Counted from the stretch's first letter, positions 1 to 9,927 are shown. The stretch: 64,000 bases of DNA from a bacterium (GCA_965209155.1 OZ242383.1:192001-256000), one strand, 5' to 3'. A program made the numbers and translations. Notes: a model not told the origin generated them from the letters alone.

Positions 1-1
1 C

Positions 2-1150
2 AGAATCGGTTTTATATACCCCCCCGAGGTAATCAAGGAACACGGGGACGTTACGGATTGGAGGAATCTGGTCGGCACCGGTCCCTTTATGCTGACTGAC
101 TGGACCGAGGGCAGCTCTATCACCTGGGACAAGAATCCTGACTACTGGGGCTACGACGAAAAATATCCGGAGAACCGCTTGCCCTATGTTGACGAGGTAA
201 AGGCCCTGGTTATGCCAGAAGAGGCAACCTATCTGGCGGCACTGCGCACGGGTAAGGTGGATTACATCGGTCCGATCGGCGTGACTCAAATGAAGACTCC
301 CGAACAGTTAGAGAGCCTCCAGCGGACCAACCCCGAAATCGTGATATGGCCATTTTACAGTCGGTCGGAAAATTGTTTTGGCATGAACGTTCAGTTGGAG
401 CCCTTTGACGACATCAGGGTGCGCAAGGCAATGCAGATGGCAATTGACCTCGAGACAATCAACAACGCCTACTATAAGGGTTATGCCGATATAATACCTC
501 AGGGGCTGGTAAATCGTTCTTTTACATGTTGTGTCACCCAATTTGAAGATTGGCCCGAAGAGGTCAAGAAGGTCTTCGACTATGACCCGGAAGGTGCCGA
601 AGCGTTGCTAGATGAGGCCGGGTATAAACGCGGCGCGGACGGCATTAGATTTAAGACCGAGTTGATGCACATCGATCGGTACGATTTGAACTATGCAGAA
701 TTAGCCGTTTCATACTGGAATAAGATTGGCATTGATGTAGAGATTGCTGTACTGCCAGTAGCTCCCTGGGTCGCTAGAAGAAGTGAGGGGGATTTCGAAA
801 TGCTCAGTTCGGAAGCGGCCAATAGGTGGTTCCCATTCGCAATACAGCGAAGATTTGCTTCACCAGGGAACAGCTCCAATGTCAACGACCCGGTTTATGC
901 CGCCATGTATGAAGAGGGCACAGCCGCTACCACCATCGAGGAGCAAAACAGGATAGCTGGAGAGCTAGATCAGTATGGGATTGAGAAGTTCTGGACGATA
1001 TTTGGTCCTGCGGCCTCACAGTATGTGGCTATTCAGCCGTGGGTCATAGGTTTTAACGGTGAAGCGAGGTTGGGAAACACCGGTCAAGATTTCCGCATCT
1101 TCACCCGCCTCTGGATTGATAGTGAGCTAAAGGAAGCAATGGGTTATTAG
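2..1150 (+). CDS. ABC transporter substrate-binding protein, family 5 (OppA/DppA-like), 5' truncated by window edge
   Basis: Frame open from base 2 (RIGFIYPPEVIKEHGDVTDWRNLVGTGPFM...); motifs GTGPFML, KNPDYWG, YDPEGAEALLDEAGY; C-terminus RLWIDSELKEAMGY shared with paralogues at 45094 and 61075. Confidence 0.93.
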   Translation, partial: RIGFIYPPEVIKEHGDVTDWRNLVGTGPFMLTDWTEGSSITWDKNPDYWGYDEKYPENRLPYVDEVKALVMPEEATYLAALRTGKVDYIGPIGVTQMKTPEQLESLQRTNPEIVIWPFYSRSENCFGMNVQLEPFDDIRVRKAMQMAIDLETINNAYYKGYADIIPQGLVNRSFTCCVTQFEDWPEEVKKVFDYDPEGAEALLDEAGYKRGADGIRFKTELMHIDRYDLNYAELAVSYWNKIGIDVEIAVLPVAPWVARRSEGDFEMLSSEAANRWFPFAIQRRFASPGNSSNVNDPVYAAMYEEGTAATTIEEQNRIAGELDQYGIEKFWTIFGPAASQYVAIQPWVIGFNGEARLGNTGQDFRIFTRLWIDSELKEAMGY

Positions 1151-1182
1151 TGCCTGCTCTCGGCGATAACTGAAACGTCTAA

Positions 1183-1216
1183 GGGAGCTGGGGGGCTCAA
1201 GCCCCCCAGTTTTCCC
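1183..1216 (+). terminator. GC-rich hairpin after SBP stop (terminator or mRNA-stabilising stem)
   Basis: ctggggggc-tcaa-gccccccag followed by tttt. Confidence 0.6.
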
Positions 1217-1245
1217 ATACTCGTTGAATAATGAGAGGGCAACTT

Positions 1246-1702
1246 GTCATTCCGGGCGAAGACCCGGAATCCAGAAAACGGGACCATTTGAAATTACGCT
1301 GGATTCCGCCTTTCGGCGGAATGACGGGGAGAATCAAGGGGGACACCCCCTTGAACCCCCGTTTCAAAGGGGCTTCGCCCCTCTTAGACGCTCCCTATAA
1401 TAAGGAGAGGGGGAATCAAGGGGGACACCCCCTTGATTCCCCGTTTCAGAGGGGTTTCACCCCTCTGGACTCCCCAAAACAGTGAGAGGCCAGGTTTTTT
1501 TGGCAGAGGTCATGCGCACCTTAGAGAGTGCCGCGCCAGCCGGGCAAGGGGATGGTCTAAGTGGATTCCGGCCCCGGATCCAGTCCGGGACAGGTTTCTC
1601 ACCGCAATGACGGGGGAGGTGGATTCCGCCTTTCGCCGGAATGACGGGTCAGAGAGGGCGACGAGATTGCCACGCCCCGATAAATCGGGGCTCGCAATGA
1701 CA
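1246..1702. repeat. Cluster of palindromic REP-like repeats between SBP and permease
   Basis: gtcattccgg..ccggaatcc / ggattccgcc..ggcggaatgac units (1246-1325, 1619-1648); two copies of gaatcaagggggacacccccttga (1332, 1413); gagattgccacg..ctcgcaatgaca (1663-1702). Confidence 0.8.
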
Positions 1703-1716
1703 AGGAGTAGTGTGTC

Positions 1717-2676
1717 ATGAGAGCCTATATCATCAGGCGGTTATTGCTGATAATCCCCACCTTGTTTATATTGACCATCCTGGTCTTTCTCTCGCTCCGC
1801 TTCATCCCGGGCGATGTAATAGACGTAATACTAGGTAGGATGGAATACCAAACAATGGGGGAGATTGACCGTGAAGTTGTTGAGCGTCGGCTAGGATTAG
1901 ACGTGCCTGCCTACGTGCAGTATGGACGCTGGATAGGAGGTATTTTCCGGCACGGCACCCTTGGCAAATCACTGCTTGGCAGTTGGGCGGTAGAGGAGAA
2001 GATAATAGGTAGACTGCCAGTAACCATTGAGCTTGGTTTGTTGTCAATCGTAATCGGGCTAGTGATAGCCCTGCCGGTCGGCATATACTCGGCGATTCGC
2101 CAGGATACTGCCGCCGACTACGTGGGGCGCTCCATCGCCGTCATCGGCCTGGCAACTCCTAACTTCTGGCTGGGAATTATGGTCATGATCTTTCCTGCAA
2201 TCTGGTGGGGCTGGTCGCCGCCGATGGAGTGGGTTTCTTTCACGGAAGACCCGCTGGGGAATCTCGGGATTCTCATCATTCCCAGCCTGATTCTGGGGAC
2301 GGCTGTTTCTGCAGCCACCATGCGGATGACGCGCACCATGATGCTGGAGGTGCTCAGGCAAGACTATATCAGGACGGCCTGGTCCAAGGGACTCAAGGAG
2401 AGGGTAGTTATTATCAGACACGCCGTCAAGAATGCCCTCATCCCGGTAGTTACCCTGGTAGGCCTGCAGTTGCCGATCCTGGTCGGGGGCGCCGTGATCA
2501 TGGAGAACATCTTCAACCTGCCGGGGATCGGGCGTCTCCTGGTGAATGCCCTCAATGACCGAGACTATCCAGTGGTCTCCGGAGTCAACCTCTTTTTCGC
2601 CACCGGCGTGGTGCTGCTCAATCTCCTCATCGACCTGATTTATCCCTATCTGGACCCGAGAGTGCGGTATGAATAG
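1717..2676 (+). CDS. ABC transporter permease (OppB/DppB type)
   Basis: MRAYIIRRLLL start; EAA-loop region QDYIRTAWSKGL; ends LDPRVRYE. Confidence 0.95.
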   Translation: MRAYIIRRLLLIIPTLFILTILVFLSLRFIPGDVIDVILGRMEYQTMGEIDREVVERRLGLDVPAYVQYGRWIGGIFRHGTLGKSLLGSWAVEEKIIGRLPVTIELGLLSIVIGLVIALPVGIYSAIRQDTAADYVGRSIAVIGLATPNFWLGIMVMIFPAIWWGWSPPMEWVSFTEDPLGNLGILIIPSLILGTAVSAATMRMTRTMMLEVLRQDYIRTAWSKGLKERVVIIRHAVKNALIPVVTLVGLQLPILVGGAVIMENIFNLPGIGRLLVNALNDRDYPVVSGVNLFFATGVVLLNLLIDLIYPYLDPRVRYE

Positions 2677-2800
2677 TCATTATGCTTCCGGTAAATACAG
2701 GTTTGAGATCCGTCTGTCAGAAGAAGTCCCTCCGGGACTGTATTATATAGACTTCTAGAAATTCATACTTCAGCAATTCCCGGATTCTCAAGGAGACCCT

Positions 2801-3707
2801 ATGAGTAGCACCCATATACCCCTTTGTAGTTCAAGACATCGCACTTGCTGCCGACCTCGATACCATGGGCGGCAAGGGGTTGTCGTTAGCACGAATGATG
2901 GCCGCCGAATTTCCAGTCCCCGCAGGCTTTACGGTCACGACAGCCGCATACCGGCAGTTCGTTTCTGACAACGACCTTCAGCAGGCTATCATCGATCAGG
3001 CAAAACCGGAACTCGTGGGCACAGCGGTGTCTTTCGATTCCGCCTCGCAACAAATCCAGGCGTTGTTTGCCAAAAACAATCTGGGTGATGCACAGAAGGC
3101 GCAAATCGCGGATGCCTATGCCGCCCTGGGCGACGGCGAACCACCGGTTGCGGTGCGTTCCTCGGCCAATGCGGAAGACCTGCCAGATCTGTCGTTCGCC
3201 GGGCAGCAGGACACCTATCTCAACATACGCGGTAGCGATTCGGTGTTCGAGGCGGTACGCGACTGTTGGGCATCGTTGTGGACCGCACGGGCCCTCAGTT
3301 ACCGGTATGAACATGCCATCGCCCAGCAGGCAGTTGACATGGCGGTGGTGGTGCAGGAGATGGTGCCCTCCGAAGTCTCCGGCGTCCTCTTTACTGCCAA
3401 CCCGGCCACTGGAGAGCGGTCCGAATGGAACCCCACCGGCGCCCAGGACTCCGAGATGGACCGCTTGATGGAAGTGGCACAAAGCGCCACCACCCTCGAG
3501 GAGTACCATCGGCTGATGAGAGAGGCAAACCAGTATGCCACGGCACAACACTGGATCTTGTGGGGCGGGAGGGTTCCCCAATTTAACGTCCATCAGCCCT
3601 GGATCAAAGGCTACAACGGGGAAACCGATCTTGGAGACATGGACCGCACCATGATGTTCTCCCGCCTCTGGATTGACCAGGAGCTGAAGAAAGAAATGGG
3701 GTTTTAG
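2801..3707 (+). pseudogene. Chimeric ORF: PEP synthase/PPDK N-terminal (ATP-grasp) fragment joined in frame to the C-terminal ~95 aa of a family-5 SBP; frameshift after the RBS-linked ATG at 2801
   Basis: GGKG, VPAGF, VAVRSSANAED, SFAGQQDTYL, SGVLFTANP, then WNPTGAQD...RLWIDQELKKEMGF; ATG 2801 (aaggaga RBS) is out of frame with 2865. Confidence 0.85.
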
Positions 3708-3764
3708 GCAATATGACTCGCCTCTGTTTCTCCCTCCCTCCGGTCCAGCTGGTGGGAGGAATTT

Positions 3765-3998
3765 TCATGCGATCCGTCTGCTTGCCTTTAATAACACATC
3801 CTGAGTTTCTTTGGAGAGGGGAACCTGATGAAAGGAAGATTGAGGATATAAAAAATCTTCTTCAAATTCATTGAAGACACGGATAAATCCAGTCTGATTT
3901 TCCAGTTCGTCATGTTGGGCTTTATAGACTTTTCTAAATTGAAAGTCAGGATGAAGCTCTTTTGTCGTACAAATGACAAAAAAAATATCATTATTCAT
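3765..3998 (-). CDS. Small hypothetical protein, second gene of a coupled two-gene module
   Basis: ATG at 3998 overlaps the upstream stop; MNNDIFFVICT...IRVFNEFEEDFLYPQSSF. Confidence 0.6.
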   Translation of the reverse strand: MNNDIFFVICTTKELHPDFQFRKVYKAQHDELENQTGFIRVFNEFEEDFLYPQSSFHQVPLSKETQDVLLKASRRIA

Positions 3999-4254
3999 AA
4001 ACCTTCTCGATAAAACGTTTGATTCTTTCTCGACAGATGCCTTTTCCATGAGCGGTGATATAGTGAATTTCTGCTATCCAGGTGGTTCCTGTCTCTTCCA
4101 GCAAAACTTTAGCCATGCCTTTGTTATAAATCCATCGTGCTTTTCCATATTTTTGATTTAATTCCCGAATCAGCTTTTTGTCCTTCAACTTACCCATTGA
4201 ATCCAGAAAGGTGATTTCCCCCAATCGTTGGAATTTGATATTGAATATTGGCAT
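3991..4254 (-). CDS. Small basic hypothetical protein, first gene of a TA-like pair
   Basis: 87 aa; LNQKYGKARW..KG..AEIHYITAHGKG; overlaps next gene. Confidence 0.6.
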   Translation of the reverse strand: MPIFNIKFQRLGEITFLDSMGKLKDKKLIRELNQKYGKARWIYNKGMAKVLLEETGTTWIAEIHYITAHGKGICRERIKRFIEKVYE

Positions 4255-4324
4255 GACTTGATACCTTGACGGCTCAAGAGGCTTTTTTACTATTCAAGTA
4301 TTGTCAATGAATTGATTTACAAGG

Positions 4325-4559
4325 TCAGACAGATGTTTTACATTTTTGCACTAAGAATACATTTTCTGAAATTTCATATCCGAAATAACGTAGTATTTTA
4401 ATGATTGACTTGATATGACGGGTTGAAGGAGCTCTCAATGAGACTGATCATTTGACGAGATAAATCAAGTTCTTTAGCAATTGGGGAGTTGTTTTTTTCC
4501 GATTTTTCGATTTCTTTTTTTGCTAATTGAAAGACTCCCTCAAGATTTAATGTTTGCAT
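4325..4559 (-). pseudogene. XRE-type HTH regulator remnant, frameshifted
   Basis: aggag RBS; MQTLNLEG...IAKELDLSRQMISLIES; continues in another frame as IIKILRYFGYEIS. Confidence 0.45.
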
Positions 4560-4673
4560 GCAATCTCCTTAAATCATGTTTTTATGAAAATTGTAAAATG
4601 AAAGCGGCACAGTGTCAATCAAATGTTTTACAAATTAATAGGGGGATCACTCATTAGACGAGGGGTCAAGTAA

Positions 4674-5093
4674 GGGAAATCTCTGGGGGTTCCTGATCCC
4701 CAGTCTGATTCTGGGGACGGCCTCGGCGGCTTCCACCATGCGGATGATGGCACCATGATGCTGGAGGTGCTAAGGCAGGACTATATCCGAACCGCTTGGT
4801 CCAAGGGGCTCCGGGAGCGGGTCGTGATCATTCGGCACACCATCAAAAATGCCCTCATCCCGGTGCTCACACTGATCGGCCTGCAGTTGCCGATCCTGGT
4901 CGGAGGCGCGGTGATCATGGAGAACATCTTCAACCTGCCTGGGCTCGGTCGTCTCCTGGTGAATGCCCTCAATGACCGAGACTACCCGATGGTCTCCGGA
5001 GTCAACCTCTTTTTCGCCACCGGGGTGATGCTGCTCAATCTCCTCATCGACCTGATTTATCCCTATCTGGACCCGAGAGTGCGGTATGAATAG
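4674..5093 (+). pseudogene. 3' fragment of OppB-type permease
   Basis: Begins abruptly at GNLWGFLIPS; near-identical to 63301-63721; 1-nt deletion at ~4750 (atgatggcacc vs atgatgcgcacc). Confidence 0.9.
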
Positions 5094-5649
5094 TCGCTGT
5101 TGTGAAAGATATTCAAGGTTTGGGTTGCAGGGCGGACAGGACAGTTATGGCGAAATGAGGAACAAATGTGATTACAAACACTATTCAGTATCTCCTTCCT
5201 GGTGGGACTCAGTTTGCTCATCTTTTGTCTCATTTGCAGAGTTATTACTTTCCAAGGGCATCACCGTAATCAATTTGGAGAAACGACGAAAGTCGTCCAC
5301 ATTTTGAGTGAGGAGTGTGGCAATCCCATAAGCTTGTATGGTGGCAACAATGTTAGCATCGTAAATCTGCTTACCGCCAATGGACACCTGTTCCACCAAT
5401 TGTAATAATTTCTCGGTGACCTGAAGACCGTCTTCAGCAATATGATAAAAAGAAGCGTAATGCTGAATGGATCCTATCACTATTTCGGTAGTTGGAGGTT
5501 CTGCATAAACTTGAGGGCGAGTTAAGGTAGCCTGATATTCACGTAGCACTTAACGACTAATCCAGAACTCCGTTTCCGGGTTTTTCAGGGGCTGGATTCT
5601 TTCCCGAGCAATGTGGTGAAAAGGTGCTTCTGCCACGGAAGCATAAACC

Positions 5650-7038
5650 GAGTTATAGTCAAATTCTGGGGATGGCAATTCAGGCGGCGATCCTGTATTG
5701 AGGAATTCCATCGACAAATTGTACTCCCTCTATCACTTCGGCTAATCGTTTAAATCCGTGTAATCGGATCCAATTTTTCTGAGCGGATTCCATTAATTTG
5801 AATGCCATCGTCAAGACGGTATTTCTTGAGAAACAACCTCTGACTTTGGCAGTTCTCAGTTTGACAGTAGCGAAGGTGGATTCAATGGGATTGCTCGTTC
5901 TCAAATGCCTCCAATGCTCTGCCGGGAAATCATAGAAGGCCATCAAGGTCTCCTGATCTTTAATCAAGCAGTGAGTGGCTTTAGGATATTTCGCCTCATA
6001 CATGTCAACAAAATGCTTTAAGGCTTTGAAAGCTTCCTCTTTGCTGCTGGCCATCCAAATTTGATGGAGACGATCCTTGGCTTTATGATGCTCCCTTTTT
6101 GGTAAATAGTTGAGAATGTTTCCCGTTTTGTGCATCCAACAACGCTGCTCTTTGCTCTGAGGATAGACTTTTTTCAAAGCTTTCCAAAATCCCATCGCTC
6201 CGTCTCCCACAGCGATTTTAGGGGCCTCAGTCAATCCCCGGTGCTTCAGATCCATCAGCAGTTCCCTCCAGGATTGCTCACTTTCCCGGTAGCCATCTTC
6301 CAAGGCAACGAGCTCTTTATCTCCATTTTCTGTTGCCCCCACAATCACCAAGAGGCATTGTTTATCTTTATCCATTCTCACATTGCAATACACGCCATCG
6401 ACCCAGAGATAAACATAATGACTCTGGGAGAGATCCCGTTGTTTCCAGGCTTTCCAATCCTCATACCAGCTTGATTTAAGACGGCTCACTGTCGCTGAAG
6501 ACAAGCCCGCCGCTCTTTTACCTAAAATCGCTGCGAGCGCCTCCTGAAAGCCACCAGTGGAAATCCCTTTCAGATACAGCCAGGGAATCAGGGCTTCAAT
6601 ACTTTTACTTTTCCTCAGATAAGGGGGGATCAACTTGGAAGAAAATCGAATCCTTTCCTCTGATGAGGTGCTTTGACGATCTTTACTCCGCGGAACTTTC
6701 ACGGATATAGAACCAATTCCCGTCTGAATCTCCCGATCTTGATGATAACCATGACGAACCACTCGCTGACGTCCATCCGAGAGTCGATAGGACTGATATT
6801 CCTTCATGAATATTTCCATCTCCAATTCCAACGCTTCAGAAAGTATCTTCCTGGCTTTCACTCTCAAAAGTTCACTCAAATGATCTTCAATAATTTGCTC
6901 TGGCTTCTCCAGATCAATCACGTTATAGTTGCTCATCGGCGTATCCTTTCTTTGATGTAATTCTATTTATTTTAAATTCCCATCAATAGGATACGCCACC
7001 TTCAAATTTAGTCCATCCCCAACTTTCGACTATATCTC
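5650..7038 (-). mobile_element. IS256-family insertion sequence
   Basis: Imperfect terminal IRs gagttatagtcaaattctggggatgg / ccatccccaactttcgactatatctc; 9-bp TSD gcataaacc at 5641-5649 and 7039-7047. Confidence 0.93.
5680..6936 (-). CDS. IS256-family DDE transposase
   Basis: YLWVDGVY, VGDGAMGF, QRCWMHK, LRTSNPIES motifs; 418 aa. Confidence 0.95.
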   Translation of the reverse strand: MSNYNVIDLEKPEQIIEDHLSELLRVKARKILSEALELEMEIFMKEYQSYRLSDGRQRVVRHGYHQDREIQTGIGSISVKVPRSKDRQSTSSEERIRFSSKLIPPYLRKSKSIEALIPWLYLKGISTGGFQEALAAILGKRAAGLSSATVSRLKSSWYEDWKAWKQRDLSQSHYVYLWVDGVYCNVRMDKDKQCLLVIVGATENGDKELVALEDGYRESEQSWRELLMDLKHRGLTEAPKIAVGDGAMGFWKALKKVYPQSKEQRCWMHKTGNILNYLPKREHHKAKDRLHQIWMASSKEEAFKALKHFVDMYEAKYPKATHCLIKDQETLMAFYDFPAEHWRHLRTSNPIESTFATVKLRTAKVRGCFSRNTVLTMAFKLMESAQKNWIRLHGFKRLAEVIEGVQFVDGIPQYRIAA

Positions 7039-7072
7039 GCATAAACCAAGACATTTGTGTCTAAAAATCTCC

Positions 7073-7300
7073 TTATCTCCCATCGTCGCCATACAAATCC
7101 TCTCTTCTCAACGATAGATTCTCCGGCCATTTTCCCAAATGAATGACAGGGATTTCTAAGGATCGTTGTTTCTTCGCTTCCACCGTTTCTTCATCGACCA
7201 CGACGACCACCTTATGTTTTCCAGGAACAATTTCAGGCGGCATTTGCAAAGTCAACGAACCATTATCTGCTACCGTTGCTGTGGTTTCAATTGTTTTCAT
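7073..7300 (-). CDS. Putative antitoxin (partner of the PIN pseudogene)
   Basis: 75 aa ending LSLRREDLYGDDGR; overlaps the toxin start. Confidence 0.7.
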   Translation of the reverse strand: MKTIETTATVADNGSLTLQMPPEIVPGKHKVVVVVDEETVEAKKQRSLEIPVIHLGKWPENLSLRREDLYGDDGR

Positions 7301-7492
7301 AGGGCATCCCCCGATAAAAATTTTTTATTTTTTCCCGTTTCGGGATCTTCGCAATGATTAGGTTTTGTTAAATTCGATTTAATCAAATCCTCTGGTAGAT
7401 TCTGCGTGAACAAGCCATTTTGCATATTGTTTCAATGATAGTTGTATTTGAACTTGAAATGCGGTTTTCGCAAGAGTTGAGCAATTGGGAAA

Positions 7493-8092
7493 CTACAATA
7501 AATGAAATTCTTTGAGAACGTTTGCCAGAGGTGGATCGGTGGCAGCCAATTTGCGTAGGGCAGCGATCAAGTCTTGCAGACGATTGTCTTTTTTGATCTC
7601 TTGCACCGCTTCTGCTACAGCCCGGTCAATAATCGCTTCTTCTTTAGGAGCGGCGTCCCGCTCCAGCGTTTCCAGGGTCTCTTCTTTGGCTTTGCGAATG
7701 ATGGTGCGTCGGTCCCAATAAGCAAATCCGATGACACCCAGAGTCAGGACAGTAAAAATGCCGGCAATCAGTTGCAAGGTATTCATCATCTGTTCAAAGC
7801 GCTTATCTACCTGTTCAAAGCGCTTATCTACCTGTTCAAAGCGCTTGTTCATGTCTTCCCGTAATTCGACAATGCGCTTGTTCATGTCTTCCCGTAATTC
7901 GACAATGCGCTTATCCACTTGTTCAAAGCGTTGATCGGTGGCTTCCATAAAGAGCGTTAAGGTGGTTTCCAGACGAATGATACGCTCTCGATCTTCCTGG
8001 GTAAATCCAATCGTTTGTTGCCCGAATACCACCATATGGCACAGCAACAAGCTCACTCCTCCCATCAACCATATGATCCCAAATCTTTTCAT
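7493..8092 (-). CDS. Membrane-anchored coiled-coil repeat protein
   Basis: Signal-like N-terminus MKRFGIIWLM (gagg RBS); KRFEQVD and KRIVELREDMN repeats; TM segment IAGIFTVLTLGVIGFAYW. Confidence 0.75.
   Translation of the reverse strand: MKRFGIIWLMGGVSLLLCHMVVFGQQTIGFTQEDRERIIRLETTLTLFMEATDQRFEQVDKRIVELREDMNKRIVELREDMNKRFEQVDKRFEQVDKRFEQMMNTLQLIAGIFTVLTLGVIGFAYWDRRTIIRKAKEETLETLERDAAPKEEAIIDRAVAEAVQEIKKDNRLQDLIAALRKLAATDPPLANVLKEFHLL
7790..7930. repeat. In-frame 21-bp and 33-bp tandem repeats
   Basis: ctgttcaaagcgcttatctac x2 plus variants; gcttgttcatgtcttcccgtaattcgacaatgc x2. Confidence 0.9.
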
Positions 8093-8574
8093 AATTTCCT
8101 CAAACAAGCATAACTGCTTGTGCAGTTTACCACTGTTCTTCCTTTCCCGCAATTGTCTGGAAAAAGTTGAAACCAGATTACTTTGAATTTAAAAAATCAT
8201 TTTTTTCTGCCGAAATTCTCTACAGTTCGCTTGTCAAGAAAATACATTCTATTCTTTTTAAATGGTGATTTAAATGTAAAAAAAGATGTAACTATTCAGG
8301 AATCTTCCGAGAACCCACCGATTTCCCACCTCGAGGCTCTTCAAGAAGCCTGTACACTCTTTGAAAAAGAACGAGAGCCATGGAAGCAAGAGCGCTTAGC
8401 ACTCTGATTTACCTCCCTGGCAAAGGGTTTACGATCATTATCGCCATTGGAAAAACGCAGGATTGTGGAGTGAAGATTCGCTTTTTGGCTCATGACCATA
8501 AAGAAGCGGATCTCCCTGATTGATAAATTTTTTAATTTTTTTTGCAAATCCTGCATTTTTTTTTCAATTGGGGG

Positions 8575-8602
8575 TTGACATTATGCAAAAATAATATATT
8601 AT
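8575..8602 (+). promoter_or_regulatory. Putative sigma70 promoter upstream of the SBP operon
   Basis: TTGACA-N16-TATTAT. Confidence 0.45.
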
Positions 8603-8934
8603 TACCAAAATCATACCTTTTTGATAATTCTCAAAGAAATCGCCTTGGGCTGACGAAAGGTTTTATTTCAATGTCGCACCTGTTGATTGAGCCGAAAGTC
8701 ATGTAAAACCTCATCTCCTCCCCAGAGGATTTTTAGAAATGGTCAACGGGGAATGGAAAGTGCCAAAAAAAGCTTGATTAACATTTGCAAAGCGATTATA
8801 TATTCCAAGGACGGAAGGGAAATCATGTGATCCTTCACTTTGTAGTCTTACCATCAGGATGACATGAAAATCTGAAATTAACCTGTTTTGAGTATAAAAA
8901 ATAATTTGACACGAGGTTAAAATGATAGTACAAT

Positions 8935-9032
8935 CCCGGCACCCGGCACCCGGCACCCGGCACCCGGCACCCGGCACCCGGCACCCGGCACCCGGCACCC
9001 GGCACCCGGCACCCGGCACCCGGCACCCGGCA
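8935..9032. repeat. Heptamer tandem repeat (CCCGGCA)14
   Basis: 14 perfect units, followed by degenerate ccaag-containing units to ~9120. Confidence 0.97.
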
Positions 9033-9204
9033 CCCGTGCACCAAGCCCCTAGTTCCAACTTCCCATTCTCAAGTTCTTAGTTCCAAGCCTCAGGCAATAA
9101 GTTCCCCATCCCAAGTTCTACCCTCTGGTGTCATCTTGACGTCGACACCAATTCCAAGGGGGAGAGATCCTTAAGATTCCCTTGTTCCCAATTTCACATT
9201 CCTC

Positions 9205-9398
9205 AAAAAGTATTTTCTTTTTAATTCCTTCCCTCTCGAGCGAAGCGGGGGAGAATATATTGAATCTAAAATGGAGTAACAAAATGAATCCGAAAAAAGT
9301 ATTTTCTTTTTTAATTCCTTCCCTCTCGAGTGAAGCGGGGGAGAATATATTGAATCTAAAATGGAGTAATAAAATGAATCTGAAAAAAATATTTTCTT
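9205..9398 (+). repeat. ~90-bp tandem duplication containing RBS and ATG
   Basis: tattttcttt..ccctctcgagYgaagcgggggagaatatattgaatctaaaatggagtaaYaaaatgaatcYgaaaaaa twice; ATGs at 9284 and 9374 in frame. Confidence 0.92.
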
Positions 9399-9927
9399 CA
9401 GGCCTGACCTTGTTGGTAGGGGCCATCCTGGCAGGCAGTGTGTCTGCCCAAAAATATGGCGGAACATTAGTTATATCAACTCAATCGGATGTGGGTTTTG
9501 ATCCGGCGGGAGACGGGTCCAGAAATATCGGTAGTCACGCTGGTCATGATTATGTAATAACAGCAGATGTCACAAAAGGTGTTAACGCCACTGTAAAACT
9601 TAACCAAGTGTGGCGACTTGAATGATAGCCAATAGTTAGCGGATGTTTTTTTACTACTTTTTACTTTGTCTCGTTTTTTCTTCTATTCATTTACTTTCCA
9701 ATCAATAAATTTTGTTTTCCTCTCCATTTTCTTTCTCATGCTTGTTCTTCCTTCCTCTGAGAGCTGAATCAACATGGAGCGAGCAATGGTGTAAGAAGTT
9801 GTTTTACCTGTTCATTTTTCTTCTTCATTTGAGTGGGAGGCAGTGATTTCTTTGATACTTTGAGTCATGTTCCTGTAAGACAAGTTTTTCTTGAAGGAAG
9901 CCCCTCAAAGCATCAACAGGAGATCCT

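Larger units (their letters stand above)
5181..7092 (-). pseudogene. PIN-domain (VapC-like) toxin split by IS256
   Basis: FLDTNVLVY (~7040-7066) rejoins ASVAEAPFH after IS removal; in-frame TAA before VLREY; C-terminal GGKQIYDANIVAT...LTQNVDDF. Confidence 0.85.

Noticed and set aside
1231..1720. ORFs 1231-1485 and 1433-1720
   Set aside because: Composed of palindromic repeat DNA; no protein features
8644..8700. Hammerhead ribozyme (ctgacga...cgaaa)
   Set aside because: Stem II closing pairs and stems I/III could not be formed convincingly
8711..9058. ORFs with GAGCRVP repeats
   Set aside because: Translation artefacts of the CCCGGCA tandem repeat
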